Shown: piece after piece, positions 36,106 to 45,505 of the stretch
How positions within the stretch are numbered: position 1 is the stretch's first letter
Layout of the letters: the number at the start of each line of letters is the position of its first letter
NCBI GenBank assembly: GCA_002501605.1
Contig: DANW01000030.1
Span: 24,553-88,552, forward strand
Source of the DNA: Euryarchaeota archaeon UBA28
GTDB taxonomy: Archaea > Thermoplasmatota > Poseidoniia > Poseidoniales > Thalassarchaeaceae
Length of the DNA stretch: 64,000 nucleotides
Direction: 5' to 3'
Translations under genes and position numbers: made by a program
Notes under the pieces: generated by a model
Database searches by the model: none
Seen by the model: the letters and a program-made list of their open reading frames with translations, nothing else
Told to the model about the DNA's origin: nothing

Positions 36106-36658
36106 TGACACACTTTCAATTCTCTTCGCTATATGCTCATTTCCATCAGTGGGAACGCTATCCTTCAGAAGTCGACTGAAGTCAAAAGTTACACTCATAG
36201 CAATCACCGGGGCTACACTCCCAGACTCCCGTCTAACCCACCCCTTATGAACATCGTTTAACGAAAATCTGTGACGATGATTTGATTTCCATCATCCGGA
36301 ACTTGCTAGAGTGATGCGGCCTTGATGCAAATTCGCACGCCCTTTATGTGTGGGTCTGCATAAGTCATGGCATGGAGCAGAGTTTGGACCTACAGATTGC
36401 CGCCCTGATTTTTCTTGGCGGCACGAAGAACCTCGTCTCCGAAAAGGAGCATGGAGACGTTGAAAGAATGAGTGAAGACGAGGGCATTGAATGCGATCCG
36501 TCAATCCCGCACACGATACTCAATACAACTACCACCAGTTTCTTCCCATTCCGCACACCTCTAGATTTTCCCTAGCCGGTTAGACAGTAGTTTATGAACC
36601 GATTTTGGTATCGATAGCCACGAAGACAATTGAGTCATGTCGACGCCCTTGCTCTTCC
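36106..36658. promoter_or_regulatory. Unusually long (about 450-550 bp) divergent hemA/hemH intergenic region containing GC-rich nested inverted repeats. It may be a control region or a small structured RNA.
   Basis: Perfect hairpin gccgcc-ctgatttttctt-ggcggc at 36399-36422. Hairpin cgtctcc-N12-ggagacg at 36434-36459. The same 5' arm (36431-36440 cctcgtctcc) is also complementary to 36474-36483 (gaagacgagg), which gives mutually exclusive pairings. The ORF-track ORFs here overlap one another and have no homology. Confidence 0.25.
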
Positions 36659-37867
36659 ATGATGGCATTTTCAAAAAAATCTGACAAGCAGTGTGATATC
36701 ATGAATCCAAATTTCATTCCACCCAAGAGGAAGACAAAGGTTGTCTTTGTGCAACTGGGATCCCCTGAGAGCCCGACACCAAAAGCTCTCAGAAAATACC
36801 TCAGGGAATTTTTGGGCGATCCAAGGCTAATAGATCTCAACCCATTGCTGTGGAAATTTATATTGAATTTTTTCGTGTTGCCATTCCGACCAAAAAAATC
36901 CGCAAAACTGTACGAGAGAATATGGGATGGGGAGAGTTTCCCACTCATCACCAACACTGAAGAGTTTACGAACAGGGTAAGAGAGAACCTGAAAGAGATG
37001 GATCCAGAAGGATATGTAGAGGTCAATCATGCCTTCCTGCTTTCCCCCCCATACGTTAACGAAGTCTACGATAGTTGGGAAGAAGATCTCAGGAATGGAA
37101 GAGGCGCAACCAAGCTAATGGTAATACCAATGTTTCCCCAATATTCTGAAAGCACAGTAGCATCGGGAATTGATGCACTTGCTAAGGAATTGTCAAAGAG
37201 AGTAAAGATCCCTACTTTTGAAGTTATAACAAACTTCCACCGCACACACGCTTTCGTGGACAACTCCGTCAAGATGATTGACACGAAACTGGAAGAACTC
37301 AAGTCGAAAGGGATTGAAGCAGATAAGCTACTCTTGACATTCCATGGCATGCAAAAGAGGCGTGTCGTGGAAAAGGGTGATGATTACTATCGTCACTGCT
37401 ATGAGACATTCAGACTGATAGTCGACAGACTTCAAAATATTGACCCTGACAGAGCAATAATGACGTTCCAAAGCAAATTCGGCTCTGAAGAGTGGATAAC
37501 TCCCTACACAGAGGACACAGTAGAAGAACTAATTTCAGATGGCGACAAGGAGATAGTAGTCTACTCGCCTAGCTTCGTAGTTGATTGTTTAGAGACAACA
37601 GATGAACTTGGTTACGAGCTAGCAAAGGATGCAAAGGAATGGGGAGGCAATATCCACACTGTTGATTGCCTCAACGTAGAGAATGATTGGTGTAGGGACT
37701 TCGCCAAATACACGTTTACTCAAGCAGAAGGATCTGCTCAGGAAAAAGAAGATATGGAGTATCAACTAGTACCATCAGATTACGAAAGCATGCCTCCCCT
37801 GACTATGGAGGAGCCAAGATTCTCAGCATCAAAAGAGGTCCTCCACCACACTCTGGAAAACGATTAA
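36659..37867 (+). CDS. hemH: Ferrochelatase (protoporphyrin/coproporphyrin ferrochelatase) with a C-terminal extension
   Basis: The N-terminal signature is KTKVVFVQLGSPESPTPKALRKYLREFLGDPRLIDL, and M..FPQYS is present. Length about 390-400 aa. The start is ATG 36659 (MMAFSKK...) or ATG 36701 (MNPNFIPPKRKTKVVFVQLG...), and 36701 fits typical ferrochelatase N-termini better. The ORF-track start is 36605. Confidence 0.8.
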   Translation: MMAFSKKSDKQCDIMNPNFIPPKRKTKVVFVQLGSPESPTPKALRKYLREFLGDPRLIDLNPLLWKFILNFFVLPFRPKKSAKLYERIWDGESFPLITNTEEFTNRVRENLKEMDPEGYVEVNHAFLLSPPYVNEVYDSWEEDLRNGRGATKLMVIPMFPQYSESTVASGIDALAKELSKRVKIPTFEVITNFHRTHAFVDNSVKMIDTKLEELKSKGIEADKLLLTFHGMQKRRVVEKGDDYYRHCYETFRLIVDRLQNIDPDRAIMTFQSKFGSEEWITPYTEDTVEELISDGDKEIVVYSPSFVVDCLETTDELGYELAKDAKEWGGNIHTVDCLNVENDWCRDFAKYTFTQAEGSAQEKEDMEYQLVPSDYESMPPLTMEEPRFSASKEVLHHTLEND

Positions 37868-37888
37868 TTTCAGTTAAACGTCCAATCA

Positions 37889-40429
37889 ATGTACCATTCT
37901 CTTGATATGTGGTATCATATTGGGGTAACTATGGCCTACAGCAAGTACACCTCCATTTTCATCCTGTCCATGATGCTGAGTGCGGGTTGTCTTTCCGCAA
38001 TGGATGATATAGCTGAAATTGAGGAGGAGGTAATCGACTCGGTACTAGATTGGCTAGATAGTGAGTACCCCCATCTAGATCTCCCAGCTCGTGAGAGGTC
38101 TTCTCCAGTACTCGAGACTTATGGCCAGTGCGAACCTCTTCTGGAAGATCTGAGGGATTCGATATACAACGAGATGCTAGTCTCCCTAGATCAGCATTCA
38201 TACTGGCATTGGGCAAGTCCACAGTGGCGTAATGGAGTTGTCTTCGCCGAGGATGATGTAGCGATGATGGATGGTGCTACCGAGGCCATATCAGCTGAAT
38301 CTGGATCTAATTCAGGAGCGTCAACAGATAGTAATTCGGGACGCGAGGGGCAGTTCTCTGGAACCAACAACCAGGAGGATGGTGTTGATGAAGCCGATTT
38401 TCTTAAGACAGATGGATACCACATATACATGTTAAACGGAAACCTTCTGGTCATAATGGGGGTTCCTGAGTTTGGCGAACTCACACTGGAGTCCAATATC
38501 AGCATACAGGGCTCTCCGATACAGATGATGCTTGAGGGCGATAGACTGGTCATTGTGTCTTCCATCTATCTACGAGACTTGGCACCCGGCGACCCACTAA
38601 GGGACCTGATGTCCAAAGAGGTCACAGTAAGCTACCCTGGCGAGGAAGAGTACTCCTACTCTTACACGCGCGTTCAGAATCTAGTAAAGTACACTGTAGT
38701 AGACATAACTGACAGAAACGCTCCAGAAGTAGAGAGTGAACTCTACATCGAAGGGAACTACCACACTGCCAGATTAGTGGATGGAACAATGAGATCTGTC
38801 ACCCATCTATGGACCTACATCGACGAACTAATGACATGGGTATATCTTCCGGATACATATTGGATGACGGAAAATGAAGAGGATAAGATGAATATCTGGA
38901 ACCAGAGCATGGAGGATACCATCGCCTCCAACCGGGCAATTATCGATAATCTGACCATGGATGACTTCGCGCCTCACGTCTACGAGCTAGGTGAAGAGGG
39001 CCTCTTCCAGCACCCAATCACATCCGATGACTGCGGCGAATACTCGGCTAGTGCAGACAGTGCGGGCCGTGGATTTAGTACAATCATGACCATTGAGCTA
39101 CTCGGAGAGGAGCCTCAGATGCAATTAGACCACATCACTTCAACATGGGCACACGTCTACGCCTCTCAGGATGTCATGGTGCTCGCAGAACCAGCCAATG
39201 ACTGGTGGTGGTTCTGGAGAAACTTCGACTGGGACGACGCAACTAATATTCACGTATTCGACATCAGTGACCCTTCTGAGACTACTTATCTCGCATCTGG
39301 AAGAGTTGATGGGACAGTCCAGGATCAGTTTTCCATCTCGGAATTCAATGATGTAATCCGTGTAGCCACCACAGAGGATGCGTGGGGGCGCTGGTGGCTA
39401 GAAGGTACCGAAGAGTGGACTGGCCCAACCAATAATGTGTTCACTCTCGCAGTCGCAGAATGCATGATTCCAGAGGGATGCGATGACTCAACTACTGAAT
39501 TGGTCCAAATCGGCCACTTAGGAGATATTGCACCAGATGAGCGTATTTGGAGTGCTCGATTTGTTGGAAACAGAGCCTATCTTGTCACATTCGAGATTAT
39601 TGATCCTCTTTGGGTAATAGATCTGACTAATCCATTCGAGCCAGCGATATTAGGAGAGCTCGAGGTCCCAGGAGTTTCTACCTACATACATCCTGTTGAT
39701 TCAGAAACTCTCCTGACAATCGGAATCGGTCCCGGGCCAGATGGGCTCGGACTAGACTGGTCCATGACACAGGTTTCACTCTTCGATGTCAGTGACCCAA
39801 CCAACCCCACATTAGCGGATTCACTACAGTTGTCGCCTGCATTCGAGGACGATTATTGTGACGAATGGGGATGTGGATGGTCGTGGTCACACTCAGAGGC
39901 CACATATGAGCACAAGGCATTCACCTACTGGGCCCCAGAACAACTTCTCGCAGTCCCACTGTCTACTTACAGGTACATCTACGAACAGATCGAGATTGAC
40001 GACACCACCTACACATACTCTGGATACGAGTTTGTCTCGACACTTGAACTGGTCAATATCGATGCGGAGAATGGAACACTATCTACTCATGGAATGGTTA
40101 ACCACTCCGAGTTCTACAATGATGACGGGCTATCTAGTTGGTGGAGTGGGTCAACCAGTATCCGTAGATCGATTTTCATGGGCGACTACATCTATGCCTT
40201 CTCTTCGGCAGGTGCCTCTGTTCACAGGACCGGTGACCTCACTTCCATGGTCGAACTTGAGATTCCTGGATACGAAAATCCAGCCATTTACTACTATGAG
40301 ACAGAGGGTGAATTGGAGTCAGAAGACTCAGCAAATAAAGATGATGACGATGGAGAGTCCCAATCCTCATCGGGAGATAGCGAGACTCATCCTTGTAACG
40401 AACCAGATGCCGAAAACTGCGATGATTAG
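37889..40429 (+). CDS. Secreted protein (846 aa) with a signal peptide, a probable beta-propeller-type C-terminal domain and a poly-acidic tail
   Basis: The signal/anchor is MAYSKYTSIFILSMMLSAGCLSAMDD. Trp-rich repeats are present (WWWFWRNFDWDD, WGRWWLEG), and ILGELEVPGVSTYIHPVDSETLLTIGIG resembles my recollection of the secreted COG4880-type beta-propeller motif (GxS.YLHP...IGIG). The C-terminus is DDDDGESQSSSGDSETHPCNEPDAENCDD. There is no C-terminal TM helix. Confidence 0.45.
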   Translation: MYHSLDMWYHIGVTMAYSKYTSIFILSMMLSAGCLSAMDDIAEIEEEVIDSVLDWLDSEYPHLDLPARERSSPVLETYGQCEPLLEDLRDSIYNEMLVSLDQHSYWHWASPQWRNGVVFAEDDVAMMDGATEAISAESGSNSGASTDSNSGREGQFSGTNNQEDGVDEADFLKTDGYHIYMLNGNLLVIMGVPEFGELTLESNISIQGSPIQMMLEGDRLVIVSSIYLRDLAPGDPLRDLMSKEVTVSYPGEEEYSYSYTRVQNLVKYTVVDITDRNAPEVESELYIEGNYHTARLVDGTMRSVTHLWTYIDELMTWVYLPDTYWMTENEEDKMNIWNQSMEDTIASNRAIIDNLTMDDFAPHVYELGEEGLFQHPITSDDCGEYSASADSAGRGFSTIMTIELLGEEPQMQLDHITSTWAHVYASQDVMVLAEPANDWWWFWRNFDWDDATNIHVFDISDPSETTYLASGRVDGTVQDQFSISEFNDVIRVATTEDAWGRWWLEGTEEWTGPTNNVFTLAVAECMIPEGCDDSTTELVQIGHLGDIAPDERIWSARFVGNRAYLVTFEIIDPLWVIDLTNPFEPAILGELEVPGVSTYIHPVDSETLLTIGIGPGPDGLGLDWSMTQVSLFDVSDPTNPTLADSLQLSPAFEDDYCDEWGCGWSWSHSEATYEHKAFTYWAPEQLLAVPLSTYRYIYEQIEIDDTTYTYSGYEFVSTLELVNIDAENGTLSTHGMVNHSEFYNDDGLSSWWSGSTSIRRSIFMGDYIYAFSSAGASVHRTGDLTSMVELEIPGYENPAIYYYETEGELESEDSANKDDDDGESQSSSGDSETHPCNEPDAENCDD

Positions 40430-40449
40430 TATAACTCCCTCAGGACTTG

Positions 40450-41802
40450 TCACTCAAACCTAAGAGCCCTTCCAACTGTTCCGGGCTGGGCGATTGGAAG
40501 CCCACGTAGATCTCCTCCCACTTTCCTCTTATGTACAACCTTGCCATCGACGATGGTGTAAATTGGCCAACCGGTAATCTCCCTTCCTGCATAAGGCGTC
40601 CATCCTACCCTCGTCCATGTGTCTGAATCAGAGACTATCCTCCTTGTATCAAGATCTACAAGAGTCAAATCACCATCAAAACCCTCGATAAGTGAGCCCT
40701 TGTTTTTTATTCCGTAAACTCTAGCCGGGCCTTCGCACATCCATTTGACCACGTCAGAAACACTACATTGCTTATCCATGGCATGGGTAAGCATCATGGG
40801 AAGGGAGGTATCTACTCCAGGCATTCCTGCAGGAGCGTTTGGATAACCTACTGATTTAGATTCCAATGTGTGTGGCGCGTGATCGGTAACTACACAGTCG
40901 ATCGTGCCATCCTTTAGCCTCCTCCACAGAGAATCCTTGTCATCAGTATACCTTATTGGAGGATTCATCAAGGCACGAACTCCAAGCTCTTCCACATCAT
41001 CTTGATCGAAAGTAAGATGTTGGGTACAGACCTCTGTGGTTATGAGTTCGCCTTTGTTCAAGGACAACCAATCTGCTTCAGCACCACTAGTCAGGTGAAC
41101 TATGTGTAGCCTATGATCATGATCTTTAGCCAGTGCAGAAGCTCTTTTCGTAGCAATTAGTGCGCACTCCACATCCCTACATTCGGCATGGGCGGCAATA
41201 TCTTCCCTATGTTTGAACTGTGGTATTCTAGACTGCAATCTATCTTCATCCTCTGCATGGGTGGCTATCACTCCTCCCGTGTTGGCAAAAATATCCTCAA
41301 GATGCTTCTGTTCATGAACAAGCAAATCACCAGTACTACTGCCCATGAAGACTTTGATACCACAAACACCGTCCATTCCCTCAACACTGCGCATCTCCTG
41401 AACATTGCTCGAAGTGGCCCCAATGAAAAAACCATGATTCGTAACAGTTTTCCTTGCTGCTAATTGAATCTTGAATTCTAGCTCTGCTCTACTAGTCGCA
41501 TTAGGAACAGTATTGGGCATATCAAGAAACGATGTGATTCCCCCAGCAGCAGCAGCCCTGCTCCCACTTTCCAGATCCTCCTTCTCAGGATTTCCTGGAT
41601 CTCGGAAGTGAACGTGTGGATCGATAGCTCCAGGGAGCATATAAAGTCCAGTAGCATCAATAATCAGTTCTCCGGGATGATGATCCAGCCCGCCGTTTGG
41701 AGCTATAGTTTTGATAATTCCAGATTTAATCCGGAGATCCCCCTCTGCAATACCACTTGGAAGAACCATTGCTGCATTCTGGATTAGTACGTCCCCGCCC
41801 AT
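40450..41802 (-). CDS. pyrC: Dihydroorotase-like cyclic amidohydrolase (metal-dependent hydrolase superfamily)
   Basis: The signature is AIDPHVHFRDPG (DHOase/allantoinase DxHxHxRxPG), and later HTHAEDED, RLHIVHLTS and VVTDHAPH metal-ligand motifs are present. The first ATG is 41802, and the ORF-track start is GTG 41835. Confidence 0.55.
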   Translation of the reverse strand: MGGDVLIQNAAMVLPSGIAEGDLRIKSGIIKTIAPNGGLDHHPGELIIDATGLYMLPGAIDPHVHFRDPGNPEKEDLESGSRAAAAGGITSFLDMPNTVPNATSRAELEFKIQLAARKTVTNHGFFIGATSSNVQEMRSVEGMDGVCGIKVFMGSSTGDLLVHEQKHLEDIFANTGGVIATHAEDEDRLQSRIPQFKHREDIAAHAECRDVECALIATKRASALAKDHDHRLHIVHLTSGAEADWLSLNKGELITTEVCTQHLTFDQDDVEELGVRALMNPPIRYTDDKDSLWRRLKDGTIDCVVTDHAPHTLESKSVGYPNAPAGMPGVDTSLPMMLTHAMDKQCSVSDVVKWMCEGPARVYGIKNKGSLIEGFDGDLTLVDLDTRRIVSDSDTWTRVGWTPYAGREITGWPIYTIVDGKVVHKRKVGGDLRGLPIAQPGTVGRALRFE

Positions 41803-41877
41803 GGTACCACTGGTACTTGGCGTGTATTCTAGCACATCACCATTGCCGTAATATACGGGCTGGGAATTGAGGTTGTG

Positions 41878-41888
41878 TTCATATATGG
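41878..41888 (+). promoter_or_regulatory. Putative TATA box (ttcatatatgg) for the initiator tRNA gene
   Basis: It is centred about 24-26 nt upstream of tRNA position 1 (41907), the canonical archaeal TATA spacing. Confidence 0.3.
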
Positions 41889-41906
41889 CAAATGCACCGG
41901 GCGCAC

Positions 41907-41984
41907 AACGGGTTGGAGTAGTCAGGTTATCTCGTCGGGCTCATAACCCGGAGATCGGTGGTTCAAATCCACCACCCGTTACCA
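41907..41984 (+). tRNA. Initiator tRNA-Met (anticodon CAT), with the 3' CCA encoded
   Basis: Folded by hand. The acceptor stem is AACGGGT/ACCCGTT (41907-41913 with 41974-41980). The anticodon stem is TCGGG/CCCGG with loop CTCATAA (anticodon CAT). The T-arm is GGTGG-TTCAAAT-CCACC, followed by discriminator A and CCA. The A1:U72 pair and three consecutive G:C pairs at the base of the anticodon stem are hallmarks of archaeal initiator tRNA. Confidence 0.8.
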
Positions 41985-42112
41985 ATAGTAAATCTAAACT
42001 GAAAGTGAAAAAACGTGTTACTGCATATAAATTTGACAAAATAATCACTTTCAAAATACAGATGCACCCCATCGTTTGTTCATATACCTCCGTGTACCGG
42101 ATGGGCTCATAC

Positions 42113-42119
42113 AAGGTGA
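42113..42119 (+). promoter_or_regulatory. Shine-Dalgarno-like GGTGAGG upstream of the radA start
   Basis: aaGGTGAGGaaATG. The spacer of about 4-5 nt to ATG 42124 supports this start over the ORF-track TTG 42076. Confidence 0.35.
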
Positions 42120-42123
42120 GGAA

Positions 42124-43125
42124 ATGGACGAGAAGACAGCAAGTGAGAAACTCGATGAGGAGGAAGTGGTGATTGATGTGGACGAGCCTCAGGCTACCAT
42201 AGAGGACCTCCCAGGTGTGGGTCCAGCAACGGCTGAGAAGTTAAGGGATGCTGGATTTGACGATCTACTTGCCATAGCTGTGATGAGCCCCTCTGAATTG
42301 GGCGAGCAAGCTGAACTTGGAGAAGCAGTATCTGCGAAGATAATAGCTGGTGCAAAGAAATTAGCCAACATTGGAGGATTCATCAGCGGCGTAGCCCTCC
42401 TAGACAAGCGCAGTAAAGTCATGAAACTAACATCCTCGACAAGTGCATTGGATGAGCTACTCGGAGGCGGTTTCGAAACCCAATCGATAGTCGAAGTTTA
42501 CGGGGAGTTCGGAAGTGGAAAAACTCAGGTCGGACATCAATTAGCTGTAAATTGTATACTTCCTGTCGAACAAGGTGGATATGGTGGCGAGGTTTTCTAC
42601 ATCGATACTGAAGACACATTCAGGCCAGAAAGAATCACCCAAATGGCCGAGGGGATGGGGTTGGACGCATCCGAAGTCTTGGAGAGGATTCACGTCGCTA
42701 GGGCTTACAACTCAGCTCACCAAATGTTGCTGGTCGATGAAATACAGAGGATGGGGAGAAGCATTGATGTTAGACTGATCATCGTCGACTCACTTACAAG
42801 CCATTTCAGAGCTGAATTCCTTGGACGAGGGATGCTCGCCGCCAGGCAACAGAAGCTCAACAGACATCTCAAAGATCTGAAAAAGCTGGCCGATGTAAAC
42901 AATGCACTTGTTTTGGTGACCAATCAAGTTCATTCCAAACCCGATGCAATGTGGGGGGACCCAACAAAGCCGATCGGTGGACACATCGTCGGGCACGCAA
43001 GCACATTCCGCCTGTACCTTAGGAAATCCAAGGGGGGCCGTAGAATTGCTCGCCTAGTGGACAGTCCTAACCTACCTGATGGGGAGGCGGTCTTCAACGT
43101 GACAAGCGAGGGTCTGCGGGATTGA
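42124..43125 (+). CDS. radA: DNA repair and recombination protein RadA (archaeal RecA/Rad51 homolog)
   Basis: The N-terminal HhH domain is [24 protein letters not shown]. Walker A is GEFGSGKTQ, Walker B is [15 protein letters not shown], and the L2 region is VTNQV. Length about 333 aa, with the typical archaeal RadA architecture. Confidence 0.9.
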   Translation: MDEKTASEKLDEEEVVIDVDEPQATIEDLPGVGPATAEKLRDAGFDDLLAIAVMSPSELGEQAELGEAVSAKIIAGAKKLANIGGFISGVALLDKRSKVMKLTSSTSALDELLGGGFETQSIVEVYGEFGSGKTQVGHQLAVNCILPVEQGGYGGEVFYIDTEDTFRPERITQMAEGMGLDASEVLERIHVARAYNSAHQMLLVDEIQRMGRSIDVRLIIVDSLTSHFRAEFLGRGMLAARQQKLNRHLKDLKKLADVNNALVLVTNQVHSKPDAMWGDPTKPIGGHIVGHASTFRLYLRKSKGGRRIARLVDSPNLPDGEAVFNVTSEGLRD

Positions 43126-43149
43126 TCACCCGCGGACCCCGTGTCCGAC

Positions 43150-44895
43150 TTAACTGAGTTCGGCCATCGCCATTCTGACTTCACTAATTAGTGAGTCCAG
43201 ATGCTTCTCCCCAAATCCAAGCTCTATATCCGCAGCGGAGAACAGTTCTGGGAGGGTCTTTGTATTTCCCAAGGTCATTGCATTAGAGTAGTCAGAAAGG
43301 GCCTTTGCCGGATCATTCCTTTGAGTTCTCCATAATTGTAGGGCACCCAATTGTGCTATTCCATATTCTACATAGTAGAACGGAACCCCAAATAGATGGC
43401 CCTGCTGTTGCCAAGACGTATCCCTGTGTCCCTGATAGTCACCCCATTCCATATTGGACCCGAACCTGTCCCTTATCGAATTCCAAACGGCTTTCCTTTC
43501 ATCCCTAGTGTGCCCTGGATTGGAGTATATCCAATGTTGGAAAGAGTCTATTGTCGCAATCCATGGTAGGAGGAAGATAATACCTTCAAGATGTCCTAAT
43601 CTAGCCCTATTTGCCTCCTCATCATTATAGAATTCCCCCCATTCATTCTGAGTCATCAATTCCATAGACATTGATGCTACTTCGGCGAATTCTATTGGAT
43701 AACTTCTCTCTCCAATCAACTCCAGATGGCCACAGTATATTGAGTGGAATGCATGTCCTGCCTCATGAATCATCGTCTCCAAATCGCCTTGTAAGCCAGC
43801 CGCGTTCATGAATATGAATGGTACCCTACTCTTCTGTAAGTAATACTGGTAACCTCCGGGCGCTTTGCCCTTTCTTGTGTCAAGATCGAGAGTATCCATC
43901 TCCACTAACATGTCGAACTTCTCTCCTAAATCTGTAGACATTCTGTGAAATAATCTTGAAAGCTTGCTGACCATCTCATTCACATCGGCAAATGGCTTCA
44001 ACGGAGCCCTCCCATCAAGGTCAGGTCCTACCCCAGTCTTCTCGTTCACATCCCATGGCCTCAAACTCCCAAGCTCGAGAAAATCTATTCTTCTAGAATT
44101 AATCTCTCTCATCAAAGGGACACAAACTGCTTCGATTGCATCATGGAATTCAAGACAGTCATTCTTGGTGTAATCAAACCTCTCCATTGCTCGGAACATA
44201 TAATCGGTATATGTCTCAAACCCAGCGTTTATTGCTATCTCATTCCTTATCACAATAAGCTGATCAAATATCTCAGAGAGCCTCCCTTCGTCCTGTAGCC
44301 TCCGATCGGCAACTGCCTTCCAAGCTCCTTCTCTGACCGACCTTTCATTTGACTCAAGAAAAACTCGCATTTCTGGAATTGTATATTCTTCCCCCTCGTA
44401 CTCCACGCTCATTGCACCATTTATCGTCTGAGCCTCGGTAACCAGTTTTGTCTGCTCCACGCTCAGTGGAATGTTCTCCTTCCTGAAAATCTCAACATCA
44501 TTTTTCATTGACCTAATCATCAGATCATATCTTTCCGGCAAGTCCTCTATGGCTTCATGACTAACTATTCTACGATTAAGAGAGTCCGAGAACTCGGAAA
44601 GCTTGGGCCGAACATTCTCCACGAAATCTAGGAAGGCACCCTTCTTCTTTTCGTTCTCCGTGTCACAGGTCATACTAATGTACAACAAGGCACCTTTTTC
44701 GGAGATATGTTCGGATAACTCAGAAGCATCTCTGATAATGCCCTCTAAACATTTTGAACAAGAAATCTTCCTATTTAGAAGCTCTTCAGTATATGCTTCA
44801 ACTTCTATCCAGCTACTTGGATCAAAGCCATCTTCGACATATGAACCAGAATTCTTCCCAGCACCAATATTCACCATATAGGTTCCACCGGGCAT
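43150..44895 (-). CDS. pepF: Oligoendopeptidase F (peptidase M3B)
   Basis: 581 aa. The zinc site HEAGHAFH is in the context TMIHEAGHAFHSIY, with a downstream E ligand. The overall length and layout fit PepF. Confidence 0.75.
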   Translation of the reverse strand: MPGGTYMVNIGAGKNSGSYVEDGFDPSSWIEVEAYTEELLNRKISCSKCLEGIIRDASELSEHISEKGALLYISMTCDTENEKKKGAFLDFVENVRPKLSEFSDSLNRRIVSHEAIEDLPERYDLMIRSMKNDVEIFRKENIPLSVEQTKLVTEAQTINGAMSVEYEGEEYTIPEMRVFLESNERSVREGAWKAVADRRLQDEGRLSEIFDQLIVIRNEIAINAGFETYTDYMFRAMERFDYTKNDCLEFHDAIEAVCVPLMREINSRRIDFLELGSLRPWDVNEKTGVGPDLDGRAPLKPFADVNEMVSKLSRLFHRMSTDLGEKFDMLVEMDTLDLDTRKGKAPGGYQYYLQKSRVPFIFMNAAGLQGDLETMIHEAGHAFHSIYCGHLELIGERSYPIEFAEVASMSMELMTQNEWGEFYNDEEANRARLGHLEGIIFLLPWIATIDSFQHWIYSNPGHTRDERKAVWNSIRDRFGSNMEWGDYQGHRDTSWQQQGHLFGVPFYYVEYGIAQLGALQLWRTQRNDPAKALSDYSNAMTLGNTKTLPELFSAADIELGFGEKHLDSLISEVRMAMAELS

Positions 44896-44922
44896 GCTAA
44901 TATTACTCTGACTATCAGATAT

Positions 44923-45483
44923 TCAGAAATCACTCATTGATGCGTGCAATAGGAATGATTGCTCTAGCATAATGTCTTCTATCGACTCCCCATCAACAGT
45001 ATATCCTATTTTCATGAGACCTTCTCTAGAAGGACAAGGTCTCGTCGGTATCATTGAACCGTCCAGAAGCTCTATCATCTTCTCCGCTTCCTTTGAGTAA
45101 GTATTGTATTCCTCGACTGGGAGATTTGTATCACCAATTAATTCCCCCACATCTAATTCGGGAAGACGAAGTAGCCAAGCCTTGCAGTCTCCATTTGAGA
45201 CTCCAGATCTATCTATAGCAGTACTAATCTGTCTAGTCCCAGAAACAATCCTTAGAAATTCTGCTCCTAAATCCCTCGCGACCATGCTACCCCGATCTTC
45301 GTTGACTCTCGCCTTGTGCCATACTGACCATAAATGAACCTCACTGGCAATCACATCGAAGGAGACCATAAACCAGCGATCATCAGGCCTAAAATTATTG
45401 ATTTTTGAGATCAGCGCGGGCACATCTTCTATCATCGATGGGAAACTGACCGCCCAGGCTGGAAACCAAGGAACGGTTCTCAT
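44923..45483 (-). CDS. Hypothetical protein (about 187 aa)
   Basis: The ORF lies between pepF and hel308 and has normal codon usage. No motif recognised. The first ATG is 45483. Confidence 0.3.
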   Translation of the reverse strand: MRTVPWFPAWAVSFPSMIEDVPALISKINNFRPDDRWFMVSFDVIASEVHLWSVWHKARVNEDRGSMVARDLGAEFLRIVSGTRQISTAIDRSGVSNGDCKAWLLRLPELDVGELIGDTNLPVEEYNTYSKEAEKMIELLDGSMIPTRPCPSREGLMKIGYTVDGESIEDIMLEQSFLLHASMSDF

Positions 45484-45505
45484 CAACTCACGGGATGCCC
45501 GGAGT

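Noticed and set aside
36106-36207. hemA N-terminal 35-aa extension (starts at 36207 GTG or 36198 ATG)
   Set aside because: The alignment to the HemA N-terminus places the catalytic TCNR motif about 50 aa from ATG 36105, as in characterised enzymes. The extension has no counterpart. It is kept as an alternative, since it cannot be excluded without N-terminal data.
36292-36575. Three mutually overlapping ORFs of 63-75 aa in the hemA/hemH intergenic region
   Set aside because: They overlap one another on both strands and have no homology or plausible starts. The region is interpreted as regulatory or possibly RNA-coding instead (see findings).
41867-42172. 101-aa ORF (MRLCSYMANAPGAQRVGVV...)
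   Set aside because: It overlaps the initiator tRNA-Met gene and the radA promoter/5' region, has no homology and is an artefact of ORF extension.
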